From contig JBBQTB010000001.1 in NCBI GenBank assembly GCA_038213375.1, positions 36,785-100,784 of the forward strand: DNA of 64,000 nt, given 5' to 3'. A model generated the notes under the pieces. The model did not search any database, was not told where the DNA came from, and was given only the letters and a program-made list of their open reading frames with translations. This stretch comes from Bacteroidales bacterium (GTDB lineage Bacteria > Bacteroidota > Bacteroidia > Bacteroidales > JAAUTT01). Shown here in pieces: positions 49,102 through 60,179 of this stretch (position 1 is its first letter; each line of letters starts with the position of its first letter). A program made the translations under genes and the position numbers.

Positions 49102-52100
49102 ATGTTAATGATACCATTTAGTTTTTCAAAATCTTTGAATATGAATAAAATACTAGATAAATTATCTCAGATGTCCGGAGCACTCAAAACCAAGTTTGGG
49201 ATTACTGCGTATTCTATGATGGCGAAGCGGTTGGGGTTGGTGATGGTGTTGTTGGTTAGTTACAATTATTTTGTACAAGCGGCAAACAAAACCTTTTTAG
49301 GCTCTGGTATTTTTAGCGATGCCACAAAATGGAATTTAGGAGTTCTTCCTGTGGCTGGCGATGTCCTTTGGATAGACGGTACATGTACCTTTGATAATGC
49401 TGCTAACGGCGCATTAGTTTATGGGAGCATCGATGTTGGACATACAATAGCAGGTACGCTTAACTGGTCGGGTGGGAGCAATACATTGCAGGTAACAGGT
49501 ATATCTTCTACAAAAGCAGGAAGTACTATTGATATGACAAATGGTGGGACATTGCAGTTGACAGGTGCTTGGGCAATTGCCAACCAAACTTTCACGGCCG
49601 GAAGCGGTACTATAATTTATAATGCAGCCGCAGGTGGTCAGACAGTGATCGCGCTTACATACAACACCTTAACTTTAGGCAATACCAGTGGTACCCAGAC
49701 GGCAAGCGGAGCAATAATAACAACAACTCTGAATAACAATACAAACCCTGCCAATATATTTAATATGGGTACTTTCGCTTTAACAGGCGTCACAACCTTA
49801 AATAATACAGGTACCATCAGGACTCAAAACATTTCAGCTACTCCGTTACCTACCGGACTTACGTGGGGCGGTACGGTAAAATATGATGCAGTTATAGGCA
49901 CTCAAACGTTGATGGCAGGCACTTACGCCACCTTAACCATGGGCAATACAAGTGGTACCCAAACGGCAAGCGGAGCAATAGTCGCAACAACCCTGAACAA
50001 TAACACCAATGCTGCCGATGTACTCAACATGGGTACTTTTGCATTAACCGGGGTAACCACGGCAAATAATACCGGCACCATCCGCACCCAAAACATTTCA
50101 GCTACTCCTTTACCCAACGGACTTATCTGGGGTGGCACGATTAAGTATGATGCGCTCACAGGTGCTCAAACGGCAATGGCAGGCACTTACGCCACCTTAA
50201 CCATGGGCAATACCAGTGGTACCCAAACGGCAAGCGGAGCAATAATAACAACAACTCTGAATAACAATACAAACCCTGCCGATATATTCAATATGGGTAC
50301 TTTTGTATTAACCGGGGTAACCACTGCAAATAATACCGGCACCATCCGCACACAAAATATTTCAGTTACTCCCTTACCCACCGGACTTATCTGGGGTGGC
50401 ACGGTAGCATACGATGCAGCTACAGGCACTCAAACGTTGATGGCAGGCACTTACGCCACCTTAACTTTGGGCAATACAAGTGGCACAAATACGGCTGGTG
50501 GAGATATAATTGTAGGAGGAACATTAACACTTGCTGCGGGTACATTTACAATTGGGGCCAATACTCTGACATTAAACGGCTCAACAATTGCAGGGACTCC
50601 TGCCAATTTATTAACTTCTGTATCTTCCAATTTGGTTTTTGGTGGTTCAACTGCTGGCGTTTTAATTCCCACAAGTATATTAGCATTGAATAATTTATCA
50701 ATTTCTAATACCGGTATTGTTGCCCTGCAAAGTTCACCTACCATAAATGGCACTTTCGATCCTCAGGGAGCCGGTTTATCAATCGGAGCAAATACATTGA
50801 CATTAAACGGACAGTTAAATTGTGGTAAACTTACAGGTAGCGCAACTTCGAATATTATCATTAATGGTGCCGGAACAGCTGCTTTATCCGCCGTTACTTT
50901 AGGAAACCTTACTATTAACAGGGCCTCCGGTGTTGCCTTATGCGGCAATGTAACCGCAAATGGCACCCTTACCCTCACTTCGGGAGTTTTTCAACTTGGA
51001 ACCTTTGATTTAACCCTTGCCAACACCACCGCCATTGCTGGTTCACCGTTTAGTGTTACAAATATGGTCGAAACCAATGGCGCCGGGCATTTAATCCGTT
51101 CCGCGAATGCTACAAATATACTATTTAACCTTACCTACCCCGTAGGAAGTAGCGGGTATTACAGTCCGTTGATTGTAAGCGGATTAACCAGTGTGGCGGG
51201 TGGAGCAAAAACTTTTAAGGTAAGAGCCGTACCTACCAACCCGGGCGTGTTAACCAACGCTATCAACAGATACTGGGAATTATCTCAAACCGCAATGAAC
51301 TTAACTGGAATAAACCTTTCATTCACGTATAATGCTGGAGAAGTGACAGGCGATCCGCTTTTATTCCTGCCTTATACCAATACTTCGGGTACGTGGTTGG
51401 TTGCCACCGGGCCTTCCCTTGCAGGTGCCAACCCGGCTACATCAACAGGTAGCGCTTCAATTAATGGTAACTGGACTGTAGGTGCGCCAAGTATTTTCTA
51501 CTCGTATCAAACTGGTGACTGGAACCAGGCAACTACCTGGACGTTCGACCCAGGTGGTACTACAGGTCCCGGTTCTTTGGTTCCCGGCATGAACGATGCA
51601 GTGGTAATCCTCAGCGGACGCACCGTAACCCTTTCAACCGATGTTGCTACTCAATTCCTCGATATAACTATTAATAACGGCGGTACTCTCGATCAATCTA
51701 CAAGGCAGTTCAGCAGCGGACTGATAGCATTAAGGGGCGATGGGACATTAAAACTTTCATCTTCTAACTTCCCAAATGTTGTCCCTGCTGTCAACAATAC
51801 TTTTGTTACTGCCGATGGTGGTACCACCGAGTACAATGCCGGAGGTAACATGTCTGCCACCCAGTTAACTTATTATCACCTTAACATAAAAACTGCTGGC
51901 ACTGTTATTCAGGGAAAGAGTCTTACCCTAAACGGCGATCTGCATGTAAAACAAGGTACGTTCCAAATTAATGACGGAACAGCCCAAAGGTTGAAACTTT
52001 TTGTTTCGGGAAATGTCACAGTTGACGCACCTGGTTCTATTACAGTTGGTACAGGTAATACAATAAATGGGGCAGATGTGCCAACTACCAATAACAATGG

Positions 52101-55100
52101 CGGTATAGCTCCTTTTATCAATTACTACGATCAGGAAACCCATAGGGTGGTTATTAAGGGAGATTTTATCAATAACGGGTCGGTCAGGTTTACCAATCAG
52201 GCTTTTCCGCAATACGACGCTTTTCCGGTAAATGGTGCCACCTCTGTCTTTTTTCAGGGATTGAAAGACAATGTACTGACCTGCAAAGGTACCACTGATT
52301 TTTACAACCTCATTGTGGACAAAGGCATTGACCAGACATTTAAACTTACGCTTTATTCGGATGCATACAACCATTTTCGGTTGTTTGGCGCCAATGTTGC
52401 TCCTTACGACTTAACCAGCCCTGTTACTGCGGCCGATAATCCCAATCTTAAAAAGGCGTTGTGGATCCGAAACGGGTCCCTCGTATTACAGGGCCTTACT
52501 GTTATACCATCGCTCACCGAGGGTGTAACAGCCGCAGCACCTTCTACCGATTATTTTATACCCAAAAATGGGGCAATGGTACTCGATGGCACTGGTGTAA
52601 TTGTACTTTCAACTGCCGACGATTTTTCGGAAGTGAATGCTGCGTATGGCGCTCTTCCGGGAGGCACGAATGTATCGGAGGGGATATATAATGGCAATAA
52701 TGGAGGTAGCGGTTTGTCTGTTTCAGGAAAACTTCAGATGAATAATGGTTATTTATCAACGCGCGAATCATCTGGTTTGCTTTATTGGAGTTATGCACCG
52801 GGGCAAATTATTGTTAACGGTGGCATGCTAGATACCAAACAGTTACATAACCCAGAAGGTACAAATGTTGGTTTAGTTTCATACACTCAAATCGGAGGGA
52901 ATGTTATTGTTCGCGGGCGTTTTCAAAATACAATAAGCTATATCAATCCTGCCGATCTGGCAAATGCTTTAATTAACACCGCAAGGGCGGCAAATGGCAT
53001 TGATGCCACATCAGGCATCGGTGCGTTCAGCATCAATAGTAACGCATCGAATGTCTTTACGATGGCAGGTGGCACACTTTCTGTTTACGATGTTTGTAAT
53101 ACTACGGCCACACCTTTTGCATTTTTGGTTAACAGTCCGGCATCAAACAACAATGTTACAGGTGGTACAGTTCAATTTATACCTACAACGGGAACTGGTT
53201 TGGCTGATGCAAATTTCTTAATAAACTCGCTGGTACCTTTTGGGAATTTAACTGTTAACAGGGTAAGCGGTGCTTCAATTGTACAATTAAATACAAACCC
53301 GTTGAATGTTTTGCAAAACCTCACACTTCAATCAGGTACCTTGGATGCCAATAACCTCGATGTAACCATAGGGGGAAATTTTTCGATTGCTGCGGGAACT
53401 ACTTATACGGCAGGCACAAACAATACTATTTTTAATAGTACAAATACACAAGCATTTACAGTGAATCTCGCAGCTGCACTAACAATAAATAACCTTCAGA
53501 TAAATAAAAACGCCGGCATTGCCCTGGCATTTGCTGGAGCACAGAATACGGTAAATATAAATAATTTGACCCTATCCGGAGGAATATTAAACGATAATGG
53601 AAATACGATCAATGTTTCAGGCAATATAATTAATAGTGGCATACATCAGGGTACAGGTAAAATTGTATTAATAGGTACCAACCCACAAACGATAGGTGGC
53701 AACAATTCCGGAATATTTAACAACCTTGATCTAAACAGCACCAATGCTGCTTCGGCACCTGTTTCCCTCACGGCCAATATAACAATTGCAGGTATACTTA
53801 ACTTAGTTTCGAACAAGATATTTAATATCGCCAATAATAACCTGAATATTACTGCAACCGGTTCAATTCCTACAGCGGGATGCAGCATTACCAGCTTCAT
53901 TCAAACAAACGGGCAGGTTGGTGATGGAGGGATTACAAAAACATATTCATCGACCGCGGCATTTACATTCCCTGTTGGCGCTTATTCTACAAAGCGTCCG
54001 GCCACGTATGATTATACTCCGGCAACCATTGGATTTAGCGTTGCCCCATCAGCTTATGGTTCAATAACTGTAAATCCAGTAGGTACTGAGCAACCAAACA
54101 CTACAACCAAAAATATAAGCTTAACCTATTATTGGCATGTAAAATCTTCCGGGTTTACACTTTCTCCAAACTCTGTCAATCATAGTTATGTATATTCCCA
54201 AACAGATGTAAACTCTATAGAAACAAACTATGTTCCAGCCAGATATAATTATTCGAATTTCTCGTGGACTAACGGTACAACAGCAAGCATAAACACTGTA
54301 TCAAATACAATTGGACTTGGGGTGGGTGATCCATTTATGTCCAATGCAAATGCTATTGACGGAGATTATACTGCAGGTAACAATAACCCAACCAATCCTT
54401 TTGGTGTTCCTAAAATATATTATAGCAGACAAACAGGCCTTTGGAGTAATGCTAACTCTTGGTCCCTTGTAAGCCATTCAGGCGCTGCGGCAGGCACTGT
54501 GCCTGGAGCTGCCGATATAGTTTTAATCGGAGGTAACGATTCAATATATCTTGCAACAAATAACACAATTGTAAATACAGATATCAGAAGTTGTGCCTCT
54601 TTGCAAATTGAAGGTGGTTCAGCTTTGGATATTGGCTACAATCCAGGATGTACTTTTAGTGTGGTATCATCGAATTCAACAAGTGCTCTTGGTAATGGGA
54701 ATTTCAGATTAACTACTTCCTGGAATTCTGGTTCTACATTCACTTTTCCTTCAGGTGATTTTTCCGACTTTAACCAAAAACTCGGCACTACCGAACTATA
54801 CTCAACAAACCCAGTTGCTGGTACCACTTATTGGTTGCCTCAAGGTATTCTATCGTATGGCAATCTTATCTTATCACCCGTTGGAGGTTCAAATATTATT
54901 TTTGCAAATAACAATCTCACAATATTCGGAAACTTAATTACCCGCGGACAGAATGCAGATTCCTGGTTTTGTCCCTCATGGAATAGTGCCTATCCAACTG
55001 CACCTGCCGCCGTTGTAGCAAAAACCATAACCATTAATGGAAGTATGTTAATTCAAAGTGGGGCATTAATATGGTATGGGAATGGGGCTATCGCACAAAA

Positions 55101-58100
55101 TTTTGTTGTGAATGGAGATGTGGTGGTGTCCCCGTGGGGTGCAATTCAAAATGGAGGTGGAGGAGCAACGAATCAAAGCATGGCTATTGGTGGAAGTTTA
55201 ATAAATAATACAAATAATGCTACACAGGCAGGAGTAGGTACAGTCAGTTATGTGGATTTCAGCACCAACGGCGTTATACCCGTTACTTTTTTTGGACCCA
55301 ATAATGCATTTATAACAAATACTGCAGGTACACCTAGAACCGTGTTTAGCACTTTGAATATAAATAAAGGTTCATCGCAGTCAACTTCACTCACATGCAA
55401 TATCGGTGGAACACTGACTACACCAAACGATAATTGGCTTACCTTACAAAACGGCACGTTTATATATAACCACACAGGAAACTTCGATATTACCAAGGGC
55501 TCCCCATTTAACATTCCAGCTACTTCGGGGCTTACCATAAATACCCCATCGAATGTTTATCTGGCCAATTCAGGGGTTAACACCAACGATGTGTATCTTA
55601 GCGGGAAGCTTACGCTGATCAGTGGTAACCTTTTTGTAGGGCCAATGCCCTCCGTTGCTTTTAACAATGATATCGAATATTCAAGCGGAGGAGCTTCAAC
55701 CATTGACGTGCAGGGCGGTAACCTGGTAGTAAACGGACAAATACGACGCAACCCCGGGAATGCCGCAGGTATATTAAACTATTCACAAAGTGGTAGCAGT
55801 GTCGTTACAATAAACGGTCAAAATGCAAATAATACCAATGCTAAGCTGGAAGTAGTGAACAATGGCAGCCAGTTTAACATGTCGGGAACCAGCACCCTTA
55901 CCATCGTTCGGGGAAACGGAGCCACAATTACTCCTTCTTCTCCTTTTGGCGACTTGTACATTAAGCCACAGACAAGCTCTATTACTGGCGGCAACATTGT
56001 GTTTTCGCAAGCATCTACTACTCAGAATTATTTTCTGGATGTCAACGTGCCTTTAAATAACCTAACCATCACAGGAGGTGTTCAGGGCACAGTTAGGCTA
56101 TTAGTTAGCCCACTGACGGTTAACGGCGATATGACCATAAGCACCAATAGTATATTGAATACCAATAACATTAATGTTACTTTTAATGGTAATTTAATAA
56201 ATAATGTAGGCATTGGAGGGTATGTATCTGGTGCCAATCTTACTACTTTCAGAGCTTCCGGTACCCAGAGTATAACCGGTGCAACCAATTTCTATGATTT
56301 ATTGGTTAATCCCGGTACCTCACTAACCTTAAACAACCCATCCACCATAGCGAACACCCTTACCACCAGTTCAGGTACTTTTATTTGTGGCGCAAATTTG
56401 GTAACCGTGAAAGGCGATGTTTCAATCAATGGGCGCTATACCACCGATAATATCAATGGGGGAGTCAGTTTGCAGGGAACTACAAAACAACTTCTTTCCG
56501 GTTCCCAGCCCTACGGAAGGTTAGAATTAAAGAACCTTAATGGCGCGAAAATTGGGGAAAATATACTCCTTAAGGAAGATTTGGTTTTAACACAGGGTAT
56601 ACTTGATATTAATAAATATATGCTTACACTCGATAATGGGAGTTCATTGAAGGGGGCTCCCTTTAGCGCAACAAAAATGATTACATCTGACGGGGTTTAT
56701 AGTAATGTGGGCATGAAAAAATTTTTTAACATTGGGGCAAATCCCGCTTTCGAGTATCCGATTGGAACAGCAGGCAAATACACACCAGCCGTACTTACTT
56801 TAACAGCAAATGCATCTGCCGGATTTATACGCCTAAACAATATTAACAGCCGGCATCCGGCAGTAATTGACCCTACAAATGTACTCGATTATTACTGGGA
56901 AGTTGAAAGCTCGGGACCAACAGGTGTTACTGGCACCTTATTGTTTAATTATCTTCAGGGCGATGTTTTAGGCTCGCAGGAAACGAGCTGGTTGACAACC
57001 CGCCTTATTGTACCCCCTAGTACAAGCTGGAGTAAAGGAGGAGGTGTGGTGGATCCCATTTTAAACAAATTAACATTTAACTACGGACCTGTTCCAATCA
57101 ATAATTTAAGTGGTGAATATAGTGCTGGTATCGGAGCCGCATTCCCAGATGATGTTCCTATTTATACCAGTAATAAAGATGGAAACTGGACTGACAATAC
57201 AATATGGGATCAAACCGGTGGAAGCCCATATCCTTGCCCGGCCGGAGGCCCTAATGGCTTTATTGTAATCATCAATCATGTGATAACGGCCAACGCAAAT
57301 AACTGCATGGCTTATGCAGCAACGATTAACAATAAGTTAAAAATAGTTTCTCCTTTCAGTGGTCATAGCCTGCTGAAAATTGATGGTAGCGGTACCCTAT
57401 ACCTCGAAGGCGGCAAAGCACCTGACGGGGATTATTCCAAATTCCTTGATTGTACAAATAATGGAACGATCGAATATGGTGGATCAGGCATTGATTACAC
57501 GATATTACCTGACATTTATAATAATGTTTCCAATGTGCCCAATGTGCTTTTATCCGGAACCGGAACCCGTACCTGGCCAAATAAAGATCTGACCATATGC
57601 AAATCGCTAAAAATTAATGGGCCAATTCTTGATAATACCGGAAATAGTCACCTGACGATTCAAGGTTCTATGGAGCGTTATGGTACGGGAGCTTTCCTAA
57701 GTGGTACCTCCACCGTTACCTTTGCGGGTAGCGGATACCAAACGATAGGCGGAGCATTAGGTGATTTTAACGGCAGCAACGCTTTCTATAACTTCGAAAT
57801 GAATAACCCCGACAGTCTCGTCATAAACACTGGCGGAGCTATTGAGGTGAACGGAAATTTGTTGCTGACCAATGGCTTGATAAAAACACAAACCAATAAT
57901 TCGTTGACTATTACCAACACGAACATCAATTGCGTTGTTCCAGCTGGTGGAAGTGCAACTTCATTCGTGAACGGCCCCCTCGTTAAAAAAATTAATCAGG
58001 GCGATAATTTCCTCTTTCCGATTGGTTTTCGCAGTAATAGTATGAGCAGTAAGCCAGGTAACAGGCTTTCGCTTTCTGCAACCCAGGTTGGAACTGTTCT

Positions 58101-59496
58101 ATGGTCGGCAGAGTACAAAAGCCCAAACAGTACATACACCAGTTTAACGCTTCCACTTCAGGGTGCCAGTCAGCAGGAATACTGGACAGTTAAAGCGCCT
58201 GCCGGTAAACAGGCCATTATTAATATCAACTGGAACCCTTTAAGCGACGTTACGCCATTGATTACGCCACAGACCGACATCAGAATAGCCCAAAATACGG
58301 GATCATGGACCCAAATATCAACCAATTCAGTGGGTGATAATTTCAATGGAACAGCTACAACAGCCGGCTTGGTAACTTCTACCGGCACTAACGATTATAC
58401 CCTGGCAAGCGTTAGCCTGCTGAAACCAAGAGCCAAGTTCAATCCGGCAGGACCGGTATGTGTTGGCAGCGGGATACCGGTTTCATTTACCACACCTTTT
58501 GCTATATCGTTCAATTATTCACTTAGTTATACAATTGGGGGTACTGCCCAACTTCCAGTTACTGTATCGTCTACCCCATATTGGTTGGCAACACCTTCAC
58601 CCGGAAATTATGTACTCACAGGGTATACATACAACAATGGTGTGGGTGTGGGTGTATTTGATGCAACTCCGGTTGCAGTGAATCTGGTTCCAACCAATTC
58701 AGTTGCAGGGCCGGATCAGTCAATGTGTGGTATCTCAACAGCAAATTTGGCAGCAAATACACCCACAATTGGTGTGGGTACATGGAGTATCTTTAGTGGA
58801 ACCGGTGGTACGGTGCTCACTCCTGGTAGCCCTACCAGTCAATTTATTGGAATAAATGGAAATTCATACAAATTGAGATGGACCATCAGCAGTGGGACTT
58901 GCACGTCGTTTAGCGATGTAAATATTAATTTTACGCTTTTACCAAATCCTCCAACAGCGCCTGCCTCACAAAGCTTTTGTGCCGGATCATCGGTTTCAAA
59001 CCTTGCTGGTACTGCACCGGGAGGGAGCACCCTCTATTGGTTTAGTAATCTTTTGGGTGGAGTTGCGCTAACTGGAGGAACAGCACTGTCAACGGGTAAT
59101 TATTATGGTGAATCCAACGGTGGAGGTGGGTGTATAAGTTTAACCCGTAAATTGGTGGCGGTAACGGTGAACCCATTGCCAACGCCAACCTTCACTGCAC
59201 AGCCGGGAGCCAGTGCATGTGCCAGCACCGATGTTAATTATACAACACAGGCAGGACAATTAAATTATTTCTGGACTTTTTCAGGGGTGTTGGGCACGGA
59301 TTACACGATAACTTCGGGAGGCGGTGCAACGGATAATTCGGTTACCTTAAAATGGTTGACCACGGGAAGTAAAACGGTAACGATCAATTATAAAAATGCT
59401 AGCGGATGTGCGGCTGTGTCGGCCACTTTGTCGACAGCTACAACCATTACGCCGTTACCAATAACAGGCCCTCTTTACCGAAAACCCAATAATTAA
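49102..59496 (+). CDS. Giant (about 3450 aa) Thr/Gly/Asn-rich repetitive surface protein or adhesin
   Basis: Uninterrupted ORF with a signal-peptide-like segment ending VQA (true start may be 49141 or 49216), beta-helix-like repeats and C-terminal Ig/PKD-like modules. Confidence 0.85.
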   Translation: MLMIPFSFSKSLNMNKILDKLSQMSGALKTKFGITAYSMMAKRLGLVMVLLVSYNYFVQAANKTFLGSGIFSDATKWNLGVLPVAGDVLWIDGTCTFDNAANGALVYGSIDVGHTIAGTLNWSGGSNTLQVTGISSTKAGSTIDMTNGGTLQLTGAWAIANQTFTAGSGTIIYNAAAGGQTVIALTYNTLTLGNTSGTQTASGAIITTTLNNNTNPANIFNMGTFALTGVTTLNNTGTIRTQNISATPLPTGLTWGGTVKYDAVIGTQTLMAGTYATLTMGNTSGTQTASGAIVATTLNNNTNAADVLNMGTFALTGVTTANNTGTIRTQNISATPLPNGLIWGGTIKYDALTGAQTAMAGTYATLTMGNTSGTQTASGAIITTTLNNNTNPADIFNMGTFVLTGVTTANNTGTIRTQNISVTPLPTGLIWGGTVAYDAATGTQTLMAGTYATLTLGNTSGTNTAGGDIIVGGTLTLAAGTFTIGANTLTLNGSTIAGTPANLLTSVSSNLVFGGSTAGVLIPTSILALNNLSISNTGIVALQSSPTINGTFDPQGAGLSIGANTLTLNGQLNCGKLTGSATSNIIINGAGTAALSAVTLGNLTINRASGVALCGNVTANGTLTLTSGVFQLGTFDLTLANTTAIAGSPFSVTNMVETNGAGHLIRSANATNILFNLTYPVGSSGYYSPLIVSGLTSVAGGAKTFKVRAVPTNPGVLTNAINRYWELSQTAMNLTGINLSFTYNAGEVTGDPLLFLPYTNTSGTWLVATGPSLAGANPATSTGSASINGNWTVGAPSIFYSYQTGDWNQATTWTFDPGGTTGPGSLVPGMNDAVVILSGRTVTLSTDVATQFLDITINNGGTLDQSTRQFSSGLIALRGDGTLKLSSSNFPNVVPAVNNTFVTADGGTTEYNAGGNMSATQLTYYHLNIKTAGTVIQGKSLTLNGDLHVKQGTFQINDGTAQRLKLFVSGNVTVDAPGSITVGTGNTINGADVPTTNNNGGIAPFINYYDQETHRVVIKGDFINNGSVRFTNQAFPQYDAFPVNGATSVFFQGLKDNVLTCKGTTDFYNLIVDKGIDQTFKLTLYSDAYNHFRLFGANVAPYDLTSPVTAADNPNLKKALWIRNGSLVLQGLTVIPSLTEGVTAAAPSTDYFIPKNGAMVLDGTGVIVLSTADDFSEVNAAYGALPGGTNVSEGIYNGNNGGSGLSVSGKLQMNNGYLSTRESSGLLYWSYAPGQIIVNGGMLDTKQLHNPEGTNVGLVSYTQIGGNVIVRGRFQNTISYINPADLANALINTARAANGIDATSGIGAFSINSNASNVFTMAGGTLSVYDVCNTTATPFAFLVNSPASNNNVTGGTVQFIPTTGTGLADANFLINSLVPFGNLTVNRVSGASIVQLNTNPLNVLQNLTLQSGTLDANNLDVTIGGNFSIAAGTTYTAGTNNTIFNSTNTQAFTVNLAAALTINNLQINKNAGIALAFAGAQNTVNINNLTLSGGILNDNGNTINVSGNIINSGIHQGTGKIVLIGTNPQTIGGNNSGIFNNLDLNSTNAASAPVSLTANITIAGILNLVSNKIFNIANNNLNITATGSIPTAGCSITSFIQTNGQVGDGGITKTYSSTAAFTFPVGAYSTKRPATYDYTPATIGFSVAPSAYGSITVNPVGTEQPNTTTKNISLTYYWHVKSSGFTLSPNSVNHSYVYSQTDVNSIETNYVPARYNYSNFSWTNGTTASINTVSNTIGLGVGDPFMSNANAIDGDYTAGNNNPTNPFGVPKIYYSRQTGLWSNANSWSLVSHSGAAAGTVPGAADIVLIGGNDSIYLATNNTIVNTDIRSCASLQIEGGSALDIGYNPGCTFSVVSSNSTSALGNGNFRLTTSWNSGSTFTFPSGDFSDFNQKLGTTELYSTNPVAGTTYWLPQGILSYGNLILSPVGGSNIIFANNNLTIFGNLITRGQNADSWFCPSWNSAYPTAPAAVVAKTITINGSMLIQSGALIWYGNGAIAQNFVVNGDVVVSPWGAIQNGGGGATNQSMAIGGSLINNTNNATQAGVGTVSYVDFSTNGVIPVTFFGPNNAFITNTAGTPRTVFSTLNINKGSSQSTSLTCNIGGTLTTPNDNWLTLQNGTFIYNHTGNFDITKGSPFNIPATSGLTINTPSNVYLANSGVNTNDVYLSGKLTLISGNLFVGPMPSVAFNNDIEYSSGGASTIDVQGGNLVVNGQIRRNPGNAAGILNYSQSGSSVVTINGQNANNTNAKLEVVNNGSQFNMSGTSTLTIVRGNGATITPSSPFGDLYIKPQTSSITGGNIVFSQASTTQNYFLDVNVPLNNLTITGGVQGTVRLLVSPLTVNGDMTISTNSILNTNNINVTFNGNLINNVGIGGYVSGANLTTFRASGTQSITGATNFYDLLVNPGTSLTLNNPSTIANTLTTSSGTFICGANLVTVKGDVSINGRYTTDNINGGVSLQGTTKQLLSGSQPYGRLELKNLNGAKIGENILLKEDLVLTQGILDINKYMLTLDNGSSLKGAPFSATKMITSDGVYSNVGMKKFFNIGANPAFEYPIGTAGKYTPAVLTLTANASAGFIRLNNINSRHPAVIDPTNVLDYYWEVESSGPTGVTGTLLFNYLQGDVLGSQETSWLTTRLIVPPSTSWSKGGGVVDPILNKLTFNYGPVPINNLSGEYSAGIGAAFPDDVPIYTSNKDGNWTDNTIWDQTGGSPYPCPAGGPNGFIVIINHVITANANNCMAYAATINNKLKIVSPFSGHSLLKIDGSGTLYLEGGKAPDGDYSKFLDCTNNGTIEYGGSGIDYTILPDIYNNVSNVPNVLLSGTGTRTWPNKDLTICKSLKINGPILDNTGNSHLTIQGSMERYGTGAFLSGTSTVTFAGSGYQTIGGALGDFNGSNAFYNFEMNNPDSLVINTGGAIEVNGNLLLTNGLIKTQTNNSLTITNTNINCVVPAGGSATSFVNGPLVKKINQGDNFLFPIGFRSNSMSSKPGNRLSLSATQVGTVLWSAEYKSPNSTYTSLTLPLQGASQQEYWTVKAPAGKQAIININWNPLSDVTPLITPQTDIRIAQNTGSWTQISTNSVGDNFNGTATTAGLVTSTGTNDYTLASVSLLKPRAKFNPAGPVCVGSGIPVSFTTPFAISFNYSLSYTIGGTAQLPVTVSSTPYWLATPSPGNYVLTGYTYNNGVGVGVFDATPVAVNLVPTNSVAGPDQSMCGISTANLAANTPTIGVGTWSIFSGTGGTVLTPGSPTSQFIGINGNSYKLRWTISSGTCTSFSDVNINFTLLPNPPTAPASQSFCAGSSVSNLAGTAPGGSTLYWFSNLLGGVALTGGTALSTGNYYGESNGGGGCISLTRKLVAVTVNPLPTPTFTAQPGASACASTDVNYTTQAGQLNYFWTFSGVLGTDYTITSGGGATDNSVTLKWLTTGSKTVTINYKNASGCAAVSATLSTATTITPLPITGPLYRKPNN
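49660..50490 (+). repeat. Intragenic tandem repeat, 264 bp (88 aa), about 3.2 copies
   Basis: GGCAATAC(C/A)AGTGG recurs at 49678, 49942, 50206 and 50470. Confidence 0.92.
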
Positions 59497-59509
59497 GGAA
59501 GGCATTAAT

Positions 59510-59550
59510 ATAAAAACGCCGGAAGACACATGAGCTTCCGGCGTTTTTAT
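59510..59550 (+). terminator. Intrinsic terminator after the giant gene
   Basis: ATAAAAACGCCGGAAG-N9-CTTCCGGCGTTTTTAT. Confidence 0.88.
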
Positions 59551-59682
59551 TTAAAGCAAATTACATTGCAGCTGCGGTATTGGTTCTATCATACGACACG
59601 GTCAACGTTTAGGTTCTACCCCAGTAGAATATAGGATAGCAGGTTGTGCTTATAAAACAAAAGCATTGGTAATGGAATTTTT

Positions 59683-59939
59683 ATGGAAGACAATATGGAA
59701 CATTCAGGCATTAGTCTGAAAAGACATATGCGACTTAGGCGCAGCCTTAGCCGAACGAGGAGAAACCCGGGTATCAGAAGTATTGCACGGCAAACGGCAT
59801 TTGACCTTAAAAATGATAACATTATTGCACAGATACTTGGGAATACCTTTAGAGTCATTAATCAGCGGAAGTGAAGACATAAAATTGGAACCTGGGAAAA
59901 AAGAAAAGCTTTTAAATATATTATCCATCAGGGGTTATA
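59683..59939 (+). pseudogene. HigA-type HTH antitoxin remnant (frameshifted)
   Basis: MEHSGISLK, a 1-nt shift near 59720, then DICDL...ETRVSEVLHGKRHLTLKMITLLHRYLGIPLESLI. Confidence 0.7.
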
Positions 59940-60179
59940 ACTCTACTTTACGAACTTAAAAAGCACTGAAAGTGCGGTATATATCAGCCCGGTGTGAAGC
60001 ACCGGGTTATTTAATGGTTCTTGGATTTAGCACTGTAAGTGTGCAATAAATTCAGACCCTTCAGGCCTAAATTCATTTCCAACTTTACGACCAAGCTCTA
60101 GCAGGCTGGGCTAGTATATTTAGCTTTTTCAGGACTATAATACTTAAAATCAGTCCTAAATAATTTCGTAAAGTAGAAC
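59940..60179. mobile_element. MITE-like element with 13-bp TIRs, TA flanks and internal REP-like hairpins
   Basis: TCTACTTTACGAA (59942-54) and TTCGTAAAGTAGA (60165-77); TA at 59938-39 and 60180-81. Confidence 0.7.

Noticed and set aside
49660-50490. Regular repeats as a possible CRISPR array
   Set aside because: They are in-frame coding units of 264 bp with no unique spacers and no cas genes.
59683-59874. 63-aa Arg-rich ORF from the track
   Set aside because: Most of it is the wrong frame of the frameshifted HigA-like remnant.
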